Part shown: piece by piece, positions 10,801 through 19,123 of the stretch
Position numbering within the stretch: the stretch's first letter is position 1
Layout: every line of letters starts with the position of its first letter
From: an uncultured delta proteobacterium
GTDB lineage: Bacteria > Desulfobacterota > Binatia > Binatales > Binataceae
Direction: 5' to 3'
Assembly: GCA_963842085.1 (NCBI GenBank)
Contig: CAWJET010000002.1
Span: 672,001-736,000, forward strand
Length of the DNA stretch: 64,000 nt
Program-made: the position numbers and the translations under genes
The notes under the pieces: model-generated
What the model saw: only the letters and a program-made list of their open reading frames with translations
Databases searched by the model: none
Told to the model about the DNA's origin: nothing

Positions 10801-12236
10801 AAGTTATCGTCGATTCCGGCGGCAACAACATCTACATCGAAGAGCTCGAGGAAATTTACGGCCGTTCGCAGTACGTCAAGGAGATGGCGGTGGTCGGCTT
10901 GAAGGTCGGCCAGGGCGAGCAGGTCGCTGCGCTCGTGGTGCCCGCTTACTCGCGCGGCGAGAGCCGTCGCGCCGTTGAGGACCGGCTGCGCAGCGACTTC
11001 GACCAGGTCGCGCGCGACCTCAGCGCGCACAAACGAATCAGGATCCTGCGCTTCACCGACGCAGAACTGCCGCGCACGCGCACCCGCAAGATCAAACGCG
11101 CCGATGTTGCCGCAATGCTGCGGCGGATGCTCGACGTCAGCGCGCGCGAAGTCGTCGTTGATACCGCGAACCCCGAGGTCGAGACGTGGCTCGCAGAGGC
11201 GCTCGCGTCGGTCGCCACCGAGCCGGTCAACATCACGCCGGCGACGCGGCTGATCGAGGATCTCGGCCTCGACTCGCTGGCACTGGCTGAAATCGGCGAG
11301 CTGATCGGCGAACGTGCGTCCCGCGAGATCGCGCCGGAGGAGATCGCCGACTTGCGCACCGTCGCGGACCTCCAGCTTCTCGCCGCGCAACCCCTCAGCG
11401 TCAGCGGGCGGCATCGAATGCCCTCCTACGCGAAGTTCGCCGAACCTTACACTCCGCGCCTGCCGGCGCCGCTGAAGTGGCTCGGTCGCTTCGCGGTGCG
11501 CGGGGCGGAGCGCGCGATTTTCGACGGATGGCTGAAGCCGAAGATCCTCGGGCGCGGCAACGTCCCGGCCAATCGCAACTTCATCGTCGTCGCGAATCAT
11601 TCCAGTCATCTCGACTTCAGCCTGGTCGGCTACGCGCTCGGCGCGATCGGCGAAGACCTCCGCGTGCTCGCCGCCAAGGACTATTTTTTCAACACGCCGG
11701 CGCGGCGCTTTCTCGCGTCGAACTTCACTTCGCTGATGCCATTCGATCGGGAACGAGCGCAACTCGAATCGCTCGAAGACGCGCTCGCCGAATTAGCGCG
11801 GGGACGCAGTGTTTTGATGTTCCCCGAGGGCACGCGCTCGCCCGACGGCGAAATTCACGAGTTCAAGAGCGGCGCCGGATACCTGGCGCTGCGCAGCCGA
11901 TGCGACGTGCTGCCGGTCCTGATTCGCGGCACTCATGACGTGATGGGCAAGGGCAGCCTCGTCCCGCGGCGGCATCCGGTGGAAGTCCGTATAGGCCGCG
12001 CGATCGCTGCGGCCCGGCTGCACGAAGTGGCCGAAAGTTCAGAAGGCGCCGGCGCCTATCGCAAGATCGCAGACCTGATGCGCACGGCGGTCATCACGCT
12101 TTCCGGCTCGCCCCCGAAGTTACCGCTCACCTTCGACGCGACAACCGCGGCCTCAAACGGCGCCGCGCCGGTCAAGCACGCACACTCAGGGACCGCTCGC
12201 TCGCCCGACCTGCCTCGCGGCCACGCCAAGGCGTGA
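7857..12236 (+). CDS. ElbD-like multidomain enzyme: fatty acyl reductase + adenylation (acyl-CoA synthetase) + ACP + PlsC-type acyltransferase
   Basis: TGATGFLG and YSYTK (reductase); FTSGSTGAPKG, GYGLTE, HTGDLG, PRTRTRKIKR (adenylation); LGLDSL (ACP serine); NHSSHLD and FPEGTRS (acyltransferase). Confidence 0.9.
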   Translation: MSSSNGKRNGAAARGGSSMPALEQVLRGRRILLTGATGFLGKVFLALLLRWHPEIERVYLLIRGDRRSSVGRFRREILDSPVFAPLREHLGDKFDRYIDEKIVVVPGDITNDGLLGEEAKPFKPGSLDAVVHSAGLVNFEASLEKAIEVNTTGVANVIEFCRKLGAAMMHVSTCYVAGSADGHRYEDDIPDDWCPNGRKSFRLEREIRDALAAIQRVQSESRDQLRHAEFRGDEDDAGSSRESAVEHRRKQWVEERLKYVGRVRAQSWGWPNTYSYTKSLGEQLMLANRDTLDVTVVRPAVIESALRDPFPGWNQGVNTSAPLTYLAGRGYRFYPAKAELVLDVIPVDLAAHAMIPILAALLSRKHKPIYQLCTSDRNPLPMRRLVELTALSNRREHRKDGGTMRWLGPHLEAVVVSQSTYDLASSTVPKILKQAAAFARSVVGDENRRAKNIESAIDKFKENTDLARELVEVYRPYIQELVYTFHASNIRALYASLEPVDAERHPFRPDLIDWRDYWINIHLPGLRRHIFPQLDLHARGRPKSLPRHRTLVDMLDRAADRYGSRPAMVARRPSGEQTLTTYRELRDRVHRAALLLATRGIKPGDRVLLIGDNSPDWVLGYFAILCAGAIAVPLDQLISAEELAPICKIAEPAAALRSSAVHKRLGSALGDAHPKLIELDLAELARPFILRGDAKTPPAPPERKALASILFTSGSTGAPKGVMLTHGNFAAEVAMLSRVFVLGADDVVLSLLPLHHAFEFTCGMLLPLASGATIVYPLEVDAKTLSRTLADVRPTALIGVPAVWEAVHRRIVDQVEARGPFFHAAFDNLRDLNRRLDAKSGLNFGAIVFRQVHSGLGGRLRLAVSGGSALPHRVAEFFNDIGIPLLEGYGLTEAAPVLSVARPDEPLQVGAVGRPLNGVELKLMPATGSIGEIVAHGPNVMAGYYRNEAATAEVLIDGWLHTGDLGRLDDDGRLYIVGRAKEVIVDSGGNNIYIEELEEIYGRSQYVKEMAVVGLKVGQGEQVAALVVPAYSRGESRRAVEDRLRSDFDQVARDLSAHKRIRILRFTDAELPRTRTRKIKRADVAAMLRRMLDVSAREVVVDTANPEVETWLAEALASVATEPVNITPATRLIEDLGLDSLALAEIGELIGERASREIAPEEIADLRTVADLQLLAAQPLSVSGRHRMPSYAKFAEPYTPRLPAPLKWLGRFAVRGAERAIFDGWLKPKILGRGNVPANRNFIVVANHSSHLDFSLVGYALGAIGEDLRVLAAKDYFFNTPARRFLASNFTSLMPFDRERAQLESLEDALAELARGRSVLMFPEGTRSPDGEIHEFKSGAGYLALRSRCDVLPVLIRGTHDVMGKGSLVPRRHPVEVRIGRAIAAARLHEVAESSEGAGAYRKIADLMRTAVITLSGSPPKLPLTFDATTAASNGAAPVKHAHSGTARSPDLPRGHAKA

Positions 12237-12319
12237 TGCCAGCTTACGCCAACGCCGCTGCATCTCCCGCGTCAAGCTGATGCTGGAATACTTACCCGCC
12301 GGATGGTTACATTTGAGTC

Positions 12320-12856
12320 ATGGTTGATTGGTTCAGCAAACGCCCCGACCACACCCTGCGGCCGACTCGCAACGGCCGCCGCCCGTCGGTCAGCGTGATC
12401 TCAGACGAACTGCTGGTCGGCGAATATCCGAATGAGGCCGATATCGCGTGGCTGAAGGACACCTACGGCATCACCGCGGTGCACAATCTCCAGGACGACG
12501 ACGATCTGCGCATGAACGGGTTGGACGATCGCGGCCTCTGCGCGGAGTACACGGCCCACGGCATCGATTACGTGCGGACGCCGATCCAGGACGGCAGCGC
12601 GGACGCGATGGCCGCGCGGCTCGAAGCCGCACTGCATGACCTTCGCGACCTGGTCGGTTCGGGCGCCCGCGTCTATCTTCATTGCAACGCCGGGATGAAT
12701 CGGGCGCCCACGCTGGCGATTGCGTTCCTGCGTGCTTATCGGCAAATGTCACTCGAAGAAGCGATGATGCTCGTGAAAAAGCAGCGCGCATGCGGACCGT
12801 TCATGACGGTGCTCGAGGAGTACTTCGGGCCGCGCGACCACAAGCCGGAAAAATGA
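12320..12856 (+). CDS. Dual-specificity (CX5R) phosphatase
   Basis: VYLHCNAGMNRAPT P-loop; PIQD general-acid loop. Confidence 0.88.
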   Translation: MVDWFSKRPDHTLRPTRNGRRPSVSVISDELLVGEYPNEADIAWLKDTYGITAVHNLQDDDDLRMNGLDDRGLCAEYTAHGIDYVRTPIQDGSADAMAARLEAALHDLRDLVGSGARVYLHCNAGMNRAPTLAIAFLRAYRQMSLEEAMMLVKKQRACGPFMTVLEEYFGPRDHKPEK

Positions 12857-12857
12857 C

Positions 12858-13634
12858 TTGACCTCGTCAGGCGCAGCCGGAAGTCTACCGCGGGCGGTGC
12901 CGAGGCAGAAGTTTCTCACGGCCTGCGCGTGGGGCGTACATCTATATACCGCGCTCGGCGCGGCGCTCGGCCTGCTCGCGATCTTCTTCGCCTCGCGCGG
13001 CGACTTCCGCGCGTCATTCCTCGCGATGGGCGCGGCGACCATCATCGATTCCAGCGACGGTCCGCTCGCGCGCCGGCTGATGGTCAAGACCCGCGTGCCC
13101 AGCTTCGACGGCGCGCTGCTCGACAACATTGTCGACTACCTGACCTACACCGTGGCGCCCGTGTTCCTGATGCTGGAAGCGGGCCTAATCCCGGATTCGC
13201 GATGGGGCCTGGCGCTGGCGTGTTTCGTCATGCTCGCGAGCGTTTACGGATTCTGCCACACCGAAGCCAAAACCCCGGACCACTACTTCCTCGGATTCCC
13301 GAACTATTGGAACCTCGTCGCGTTTTATCTTTACTGTCTCGGCGCCGGCACCGTATTCAACGTTGCCGTACTGATGCTGCTGGGCGTGATGGTGTTCTTG
13401 CCGCTCAAATACATTTATCCAAATCGAACCGTCTCGCTCCGCCGGACCACGCTCACGCTTGGAATCATTTGGGGGTTTGTGACAGTCGCCTCGCTGTTGA
13501 TGCTGCCGACCGTGAATCCGATTATGTTGTGGGCCGGGCTCAGTTTCATCGCTTACTACTTCATTGCGTCGTTCGTGCTCCAGGCTCGCGCCGCGCTGAA
13601 GTCCAATCGCAGCCGTGCCGACCGGGATGCCTGA
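12858..13634 (+). CDS. pcs: Phosphatidylcholine synthase-like CDP-alcohol phosphatidyltransferase
   Basis: AWGVHLYTALG; DG-x2-AR-x12-G-x3-D-x3-D (Pcs-type spacing); KTPDHYFLGFP; many transmembrane segments. Confidence 0.8.
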   Translation: MTSSGAAGSLPRAVPRQKFLTACAWGVHLYTALGAALGLLAIFFASRGDFRASFLAMGAATIIDSSDGPLARRLMVKTRVPSFDGALLDNIVDYLTYTVAPVFLMLEAGLIPDSRWGLALACFVMLASVYGFCHTEAKTPDHYFLGFPNYWNLVAFYLYCLGAGTVFNVAVLMLLGVMVFLPLKYIYPNRTVSLRRTTLTLGIIWGFVTVASLLMLPTVNPIMLWAGLSFIAYYFIASFVLQARAALKSNRSRADRDA

Positions 13635-15417
13635 ATCCGCGTCGCATACCGCAACCGCCGCCTCCGAGTCATGGCTCGAGGTGATCGATTCCGATTCTCC
13701 CCTGCTCCTGATAGCGCCGCACGGCGGACGCGCTGAACCACGCACGCGCTCGATCCTCAATCCCAAGGTCAACGACCTCCACACGGCAGACATCACGCGC
13801 GGACTTGCGGCGCGGCTGGACGCGTCGGCGCTGATCAACGTCGCGATGGATCGCAATCGGCTCGACTGCAACCGTCTCTCCCAAATAATCGAGCGCGCGC
13901 CGTGGCTGCTCGAACTGATCGCAGAGCGCGTCGGCGCGATCGTCGCGCGTCACGGCCGCGTCACGGTGCTGCTCATCCACGGATGGAACATCATCGAGCC
14001 GCGCCTCGATTTCGGACTCGGACTGCGGCACTCGGGAGGCGAATTGCGGCCGCCCGGTTCCGCCTGCGTCTCGGCCAGCGACGATTTCATCAACGGTCCG
14101 CTCGCCGGACTCGCCGACCGCCTCAATCGGCATGGAATCAAACCAACCTACGGCATGCGTTACCCCGGCGGCGGTCTCCAGAACCTGTTGCAGGCATTCA
14201 CCGCGCGGCATCGGCACAGCCCCCACGCGCCGCTCAGATCGATTTCCGAGACCGCCATGAACGGTGTCGTCGATGCGGCCCAACTCGAACTGTCAGTTGC
14301 GCTGCGAATGCCCGGCGAGTTGCGCAATCGATGCGAGAACGCCATCGCCGAAGTATTCTCGGCCAACGGCGCTGATTCGCCCGCCGCGCGGGCGCCCCTG
14401 GTTGTGAATCGCGCGCCGCATCGCGCGGTCGCCAAATCCGAAATCGGCGCGGCCGCGACGGTCGCCGCGCCCGGACGCATCGGGATCGAATTTTACGATC
14501 CGGCGGCGCGATTCGGCGCGATGGCGAGCTTCGACGTCGGCGGTGCGGGCATGGGCGCGCGGATCATGATGCTGTTCGATCGCAATCACGCGGCGCTGTT
14601 TACCGCCGAAGGACGGCCCACACGTTCCGCAAGCGCCGTCACACACGGCTCGCTCTCGCTCCGGCGCGAGGGCAAATCGATCGTGCTCGCGTTCCGCGGA
14701 CCTGTTGTCATCGTACCCGACGCCACCGCCTATCTAAGCATCGAACGCGCTCTGGCTTCAGGCCGGCTCGACGGCGACACGGAAGTTAGTGTCAGTCTTG
14801 AAATTGATCGCGCCGGCAGTGAATTCGACTTCGACCGGATTCTTTCGCTGCCCGGCGCCGCGCTGGGGGTTCCGTCCTCGACCGCTGCATTCGGACGAAT
14901 TGGGGGACAAGTTCGCGTTGACGGTGCCGCACGGACGGTGAACGGACTTGCGCGCGCGGGAATGTCCTTCACCGGACTGGGGCCGCAGAAATTCACTGCG
15001 CGCCGGATGATTTGGGCGTGCTTCGAAGATCAAGAGGCGCCGCGCGCGCTGGAAGCCCGCTCGGTCGCGACCGACGATGCGCCGCCAAGTCGGAGTGCCA
15101 GGATTCTCGGCGCCGGCGGCTGGTCACCGTGCGAGCTGAGCGATCTAACGATCGAGACGTCGTCAATCGAGAAACCACCGCATCGCATTTCTGGATCGGT
15201 GACGCGTCCCGACGGGTCGTTATGCGAATTCGAGGGCAGCGTCGAATGCTTCATTCCGTTATCGCGTCCCAGGCCGGAGCAGTCGCGCATCTACACGTCA
15301 CTCGGATTCGCGAGCTTTCGCACGGGGAGTCATCGCGGGGCCGGGATGTTTGAATACTCGCGCATCGCCGATTCGGTGCCGGCCGCGGCTGATGACAACG
15401 ACGACGATTCCGATTGA
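13627..15417 (+). CDS. Hypothetical protein: N-terminal Zn-amidohydrolase-like domain plus beta-rich C-terminal domain
   Basis: LIAPHGG..ND..DCNR..LLIHG resembles the N-formylglutamate amidohydrolase / PghP fold; 8-nt overlap with pcs. Confidence 0.65.
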   Translation: MPESASHTATAASESWLEVIDSDSPLLLIAPHGGRAEPRTRSILNPKVNDLHTADITRGLAARLDASALINVAMDRNRLDCNRLSQIIERAPWLLELIAERVGAIVARHGRVTVLLIHGWNIIEPRLDFGLGLRHSGGELRPPGSACVSASDDFINGPLAGLADRLNRHGIKPTYGMRYPGGGLQNLLQAFTARHRHSPHAPLRSISETAMNGVVDAAQLELSVALRMPGELRNRCENAIAEVFSANGADSPAARAPLVVNRAPHRAVAKSEIGAAATVAAPGRIGIEFYDPAARFGAMASFDVGGAGMGARIMMLFDRNHAALFTAEGRPTRSASAVTHGSLSLRREGKSIVLAFRGPVVIVPDATAYLSIERALASGRLDGDTEVSVSLEIDRAGSEFDFDRILSLPGAALGVPSSTAAFGRIGGQVRVDGAARTVNGLARAGMSFTGLGPQKFTARRMIWACFEDQEAPRALEARSVATDDAPPSRSARILGAGGWSPCELSDLTIETSSIEKPPHRISGSVTRPDGSLCEFEGSVECFIPLSRPRPEQSRIYTSLGFASFRTGSHRGAGMFEYSRIADSVPAAADDNDDDSD

Positions 15418-15427
15418 TTGAAGCGCG

Positions 15428-16366
15428 TTAGGCGGGCGTGACTGCTGCGCGAGTGCGCGTGGCGGCGATCGCGTCAACCTGGTTGGCGATGTCGGCGAGC
15501 GCTTTGCCAGTCGGCGTTGACCCGTACTCGCGAACGAACAGCACGCCGCGATCGGTGCAGTCGGCGAGCCGCGGTTCAAACGCAAGCCGCGCCAGTATCG
15601 GCACCGCGGCCCCGCGCGCGATTCCGTGGAGATCGCCTTCCGGCCACAGCGGCCGAACCGCGCGGCATCCGTCGCAATTGAAGCCGACCATATTTTCGAC
15701 GATTCCGACAATTGGCAGGTCGAGTGCGCGGCCAAGCTCCATCGCCTGCCGCGCGGCGCCGGCGTCCTGCGCGGACGGATGACTCAGGAGCAGAACGCCG
15801 TCGAGCGCTACCAGGGCGGCCAACGAGTACAATCGATCGAGGCCGGTCGCCAGATCGATTATCAACAAATCCACGCTCCCCAACTGCGATTGCGCCAGGA
15901 TTCGGCCGAGCGCTGCGCGATAGCTCAGCTCAGCAGGGCGGCGCGCCGCGGCGAGCGCAACCGGCTCTGCGCCATTGTTGCCGTCGAGTTGATCGTAATC
16001 CTGCACAAAGCTGATTGGTGGCGCCTCGCCGCCGGGAAGTTGATCGCTCGAAACTATGCGCAAGCCATGCGGTCCCGCCGCCGGCTCGATCCCTTCGATC
16101 ATCGGGAGTCGGCGCTGCGGTTTCATTCCGAGCATCGCCGCGACGCTGGGCGAATTCAAATCCGCGTCCACGATTGCAACCTTGCGGCCTTTCATCGCCA
16201 ACGCCGCCGCGATATTCACCGCGAGCATGCTCTTGCCGACTCCGCCGCGCGCACTCGCAAGGGCGATGGTCGCGCCGACGCCGGAAAGATTGGCGCGAAT
16301 CCGGTCGCGCAAGCCGACAAGATCGACAGACGATCCGCCGTTCTCAATATCGAAAAATATTCTCAT
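15428..16366 (-). CDS. Mrp/NBP35 (ApbC-like) P-loop NTPase, divergent
   Basis: ASARGGVGKS, VDADLNSPS, GIVENM..FNCDGC. Confidence 0.85.
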   Translation of the reverse strand: MRIFFDIENGGSSVDLVGLRDRIRANLSGVGATIALASARGGVGKSMLAVNIAAALAMKGRKVAIVDADLNSPSVAAMLGMKPQRRLPMIEGIEPAAGPHGLRIVSSDQLPGGEAPPISFVQDYDQLDGNNGAEPVALAAARRPAELSYRAALGRILAQSQLGSVDLLIIDLATGLDRLYSLAALVALDGVLLLSHPSAQDAGAARQAMELGRALDLPIVGIVENMVGFNCDGCRAVRPLWPEGDLHGIARGAAVPILARLAFEPRLADCTDRGVLFVREYGSTPTGKALADIANQVDAIAATRTRAAVTPA

Positions 16367-16500
16367 CAGCCGGCCGCTGAACTCCCAACGCAGCGATCCT
16401 AACGGTCGTTAAGGACTGCGGGTGCTGCGCAAGTTGTTCTGCTTAGGATGACTGTTTTGGGCTGCCCGGTAAACAATGCCCGCCGAAGGCGGCTCGCCGC

Positions 16501-16953
16501 CTAGGCGCTCTCGTCGTCGGCGTCGGTCGACCCTATTTTGCGGTAGGTGTTGCGCTCGTCATCGAATCGTCGCTGCGATTTTGCCTCGCGTTCCTGATCC
16601 TGCTGGCAATCCCGGCACAGCCGCGAAAACGGCATCGCTTCGAGGCGGTCCTCGGCGATTTCCAGTCCGCAGGACTCGCAGACGCCGTAGGTGCCTTCGT
16701 CGAGCCGCTCGAGCGCGTCGTCGATTTGCTTGAGCTTGACGCGTTCACGGTCCGACAGGATGAAGTTGATCTCGCGATCGCGCTCCTCGGACGCAAGGTC
16801 GTAGGTATCCATGCCCTCGTCCTTGTTGCCTTCGCGTTCGGCCCGCGATTCCGAATCGATCTCACCGAGCAGTTTGCTTTTGGTCTCCAGCAGTTGTTCG
16901 CGCACCCTCGCAAGGAACTTCTTTCGGTTCGCGGCAACTGGTTTCTTCGCCAT
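16501..16953 (-). CDS. dksA: DksA/TraR family zinc-finger transcription factor
   Basis: DTYDLA (DxxDxA), CESC...CRDC; AGGAG ribosome-binding site. Confidence 0.85.
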   Translation of the reverse strand: MAKKPVAANRKKFLARVREQLLETKSKLLGEIDSESRAEREGNKDEGMDTYDLASEERDREINFILSDRERVKLKQIDDALERLDEGTYGVCESCGLEIAEDRLEAMPFSRLCRDCQQDQEREAKSQRRFDDERNTYRKIGSTDADDESA

Positions 16954-16970
16954 TTCCAACTCCTGGTATA

Positions 16971-18311
16971 TTAGGCGGCCGCGCCGGCGACCGTTGCATG
17001 TAAATCGTAGCTGAGCGCCTTGTCGATTCGTGCGCGGACGAATTCGCCCGCCTCGGCGTCGCCCGCAAGAAGCACCGAGCCGTCGATTTCCGGCGCCTGG
17101 CCCGAGGTTCGCCCGCGCAGCCGCGTCGAGCGTCCAGGCATCGGACCCTCGACCAGCACTTCCACTTCGCGTCCGACGAGGCAGCGATTCTTGGCGAGCG
17201 AAATCTCCGCCTGCGTCGCCATCAGGCGCGCCCGCCGCGCGCGCTTGACACGCTCGGGCACCTGGTCCGGCATGTCGTAAGCCGCGGTATTCTCTTCGCG
17301 TGAGTAGTTGAAAACCCCGACGCGATCGAACTGCTCATTGCGGACGAAGTCCACCAGCCGCTCGAAGGCAGCGTCAGTCTCGCCGGGAAAGCCGACAATA
17401 AACGACGTTCGCAGCACGACGCCCGGTATTCGCGCTCGCACGCGGTCGAGCAGCTTGACCAGCGCGGCGCCGGAGCGCTCGCGACGCATCGCTTGCAGCA
17501 TCGCATCGTCGGCGTGCTGCAACGGCATGTCGATATACTTGACGACCTTGGGCAACTCGGCGATTGCGTCGAGCAGTTCAGCGGTCAGGAAATTCGGATA
17601 GCAATAGAGCAACCGTATCCAGCGGAGCTCGTCGATCGTCGAGAGTTCATGCAACAGCGCCGCCAGCGACGACGGCTCATCGAGGTCGCGGCCGTAGGCG
17701 GTCAGATCCTGCGCGATCAAATTGATTTCGCGGACGCCGGCGGCCGCCAGGTTGCGCGCCTCGGCGACGAGATCGGCGATCGGGCGGCTCTCATGCAGGC
17801 CGCGAATCTTCGGAATAATGCAGAAAGCGCACTTGTGATTGCAGCCCTCGGAAATCTTCAAGTAGGATGTGAAGAAATCTCCGGTCTTGACGCGCGGAAT
17901 CGCCGACGTCGGCAGCAGATGCGCCGCGCCGGCGTACGGGATCGGCCGCGTCTCGGGTGCTTCGGTGCGCCGCAGCAGTTCCGGCAGCTCGAGGAAGTTG
18001 CCGGTACCGACGAACACGTCCACCTCTGGCATCGTGGCGGCGAGTTCAGTGGCGTAGCGCTGCGACAAACATCCCGCGACCACCAGCCGCTTGCCGCAGC
18101 CGCGCTGCTTGACCTCCGCCGCTTCGAGAATCGCGTCGATCGATTCCTTCTTGGCCGCCTCGATAAACGCGCAGGTGTTCACCAACAGTACTTGCGCCGC
18201 TTCGGGATCGAGCGTGATCTCGAATCCGGCCGCGGTCAGCGCACCGAGCATCAGCTCGCTGTCGGCGAGATTCTTGGGGCATCCCAACGTGAGTAAGTGA
18301 ACTTTTTCCAT
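16971..18311 (-). CDS. rimO: Ribosomal protein S12 methylthiotransferase
   Basis: LGCPKNLADSE, NTCAFI, KISEGCNHKCAFC, APEIDG TRAM domain. Confidence 0.95.
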   Translation of the reverse strand: MEKVHLLTLGCPKNLADSELMLGALTAAGFEITLDPEAAQVLLVNTCAFIEAAKKESIDAILEAAEVKQRGCGKRLVVAGCLSQRYATELAATMPEVDVFVGTGNFLELPELLRRTEAPETRPIPYAGAAHLLPTSAIPRVKTGDFFTSYLKISEGCNHKCAFCIIPKIRGLHESRPIADLVAEARNLAAAGVREINLIAQDLTAYGRDLDEPSSLAALLHELSTIDELRWIRLLYCYPNFLTAELLDAIAELPKVVKYIDMPLQHADDAMLQAMRRERSGAALVKLLDRVRARIPGVVLRTSFIVGFPGETDAAFERLVDFVRNEQFDRVGVFNYSREENTAAYDMPDQVPERVKRARRARLMATQAEISLAKNRCLVGREVEVLVEGPMPGRSTRLRGRTSGQAPEIDGSVLLAGDAEAGEFVRARIDKALSYDLHATVAGAAA

Positions 18312-18423
18312 GACCGAATCGGGAAATTTACGGGGCCTTTATAAATACCTGTCGCATACCGGCGAGGCAATCACGGTTCCAGGCTTCGTCGCGGCGATCG
18401 TGTTTTTTCAGTCTATCACAGCG

Positions 18424-19122
18424 TCACGGCGAGGCCGGCGCCGTCACGATATCTGCGCCCGCCGGCGCCTTGAATTCGAACATCGACTCGGGCAGTTCAA
18501 CATTATCACGGATGTCGCTGAAATCGATCTTCGTCACGTCGCCGAGCTGATCGGTGAGCGTCAATGTAATTAGATTATAGCTCTTCGGATCGAGTCCCAC
18601 CTCAATTTTGTAACCGCCGGTCTTCGCGTCGAGGTTCAGGTCGATCAGGCCGGTGGGCGTCGCGGGACTCGCGAATGCAGCCTTGAAGTCGCGGTTGATA
18701 TTCCCGATTCCAAGCAGGAACGACGTCGCGCTGCTCGACTTGAGCGCCTGCTTCAGCGGAGTCTCCACCACCTGGTTGAGATCCGGATCGTAGCTGTAGA
18801 GCGTCTCGCCGTCGCTGACGATCGTTTGCTTTTCCGGCGTCTCGAAGTCCCATCGCATGCGGCCGGGCTTGCGAAATGAAACCGTGCCATTGCGGTTGCG
18901 TTTCGGCGCGCCGACGGCCGCGATCTCCTCGTTGAATTTCGCCGAGAATGAATTGGTGTTGCGATAATGATGCTGCAGGCGATCGAGCACCTGCTTCAGG
19001 TCTTTGCTGGCGGGAGCACCGCTCGGCGCCATCGTCTCGGCGCGAACGGTTGCGGCGGTTGCGAGCAAGATCGCGATTGCTGGAAAGATCGCTCTCCACA
19101 TTTTTTCAGGAAAGTCGCGCAC
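18424..19122 (-). CDS. lolA: Outer-membrane lipoprotein carrier
   Basis: Signal peptide; KPGRMRW, IVSDG, YDPDLNQV; ftsK-lolA synteny. Confidence 0.9.
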   Translation of the reverse strand: MRDFPEKMWRAIFPAIAILLATAATVRAETMAPSGAPASKDLKQVLDRLQHHYRNTNSFSAKFNEEIAAVGAPKRNRNGTVSFRKPGRMRWDFETPEKQTIVSDGETLYSYDPDLNQVVETPLKQALKSSSATSFLLGIGNINRDFKAAFASPATPTGLIDLNLDAKTGGYKIEVGLDPKSYNLITLTLTDQLGDVTKIDFSDIRDNVELPESMFEFKAPAGADIVTAPASP

Positions 19123-19123
19123 C

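Noticed and set aside
4059-15420. Genomic island integrated at tRNA-Phe carrying the lipid cluster
   Set aside because: No integrase, no repeat of the tRNA 3' end noticed, and codon style matches the host
16389-16420. Hairpin CGCAG..TCCTAACG/CGTTAAGGA..CTGCG upstream of mrp
   Set aside because: Real but short; cannot be distinguished from an ordinary operator or stabilising hairpin
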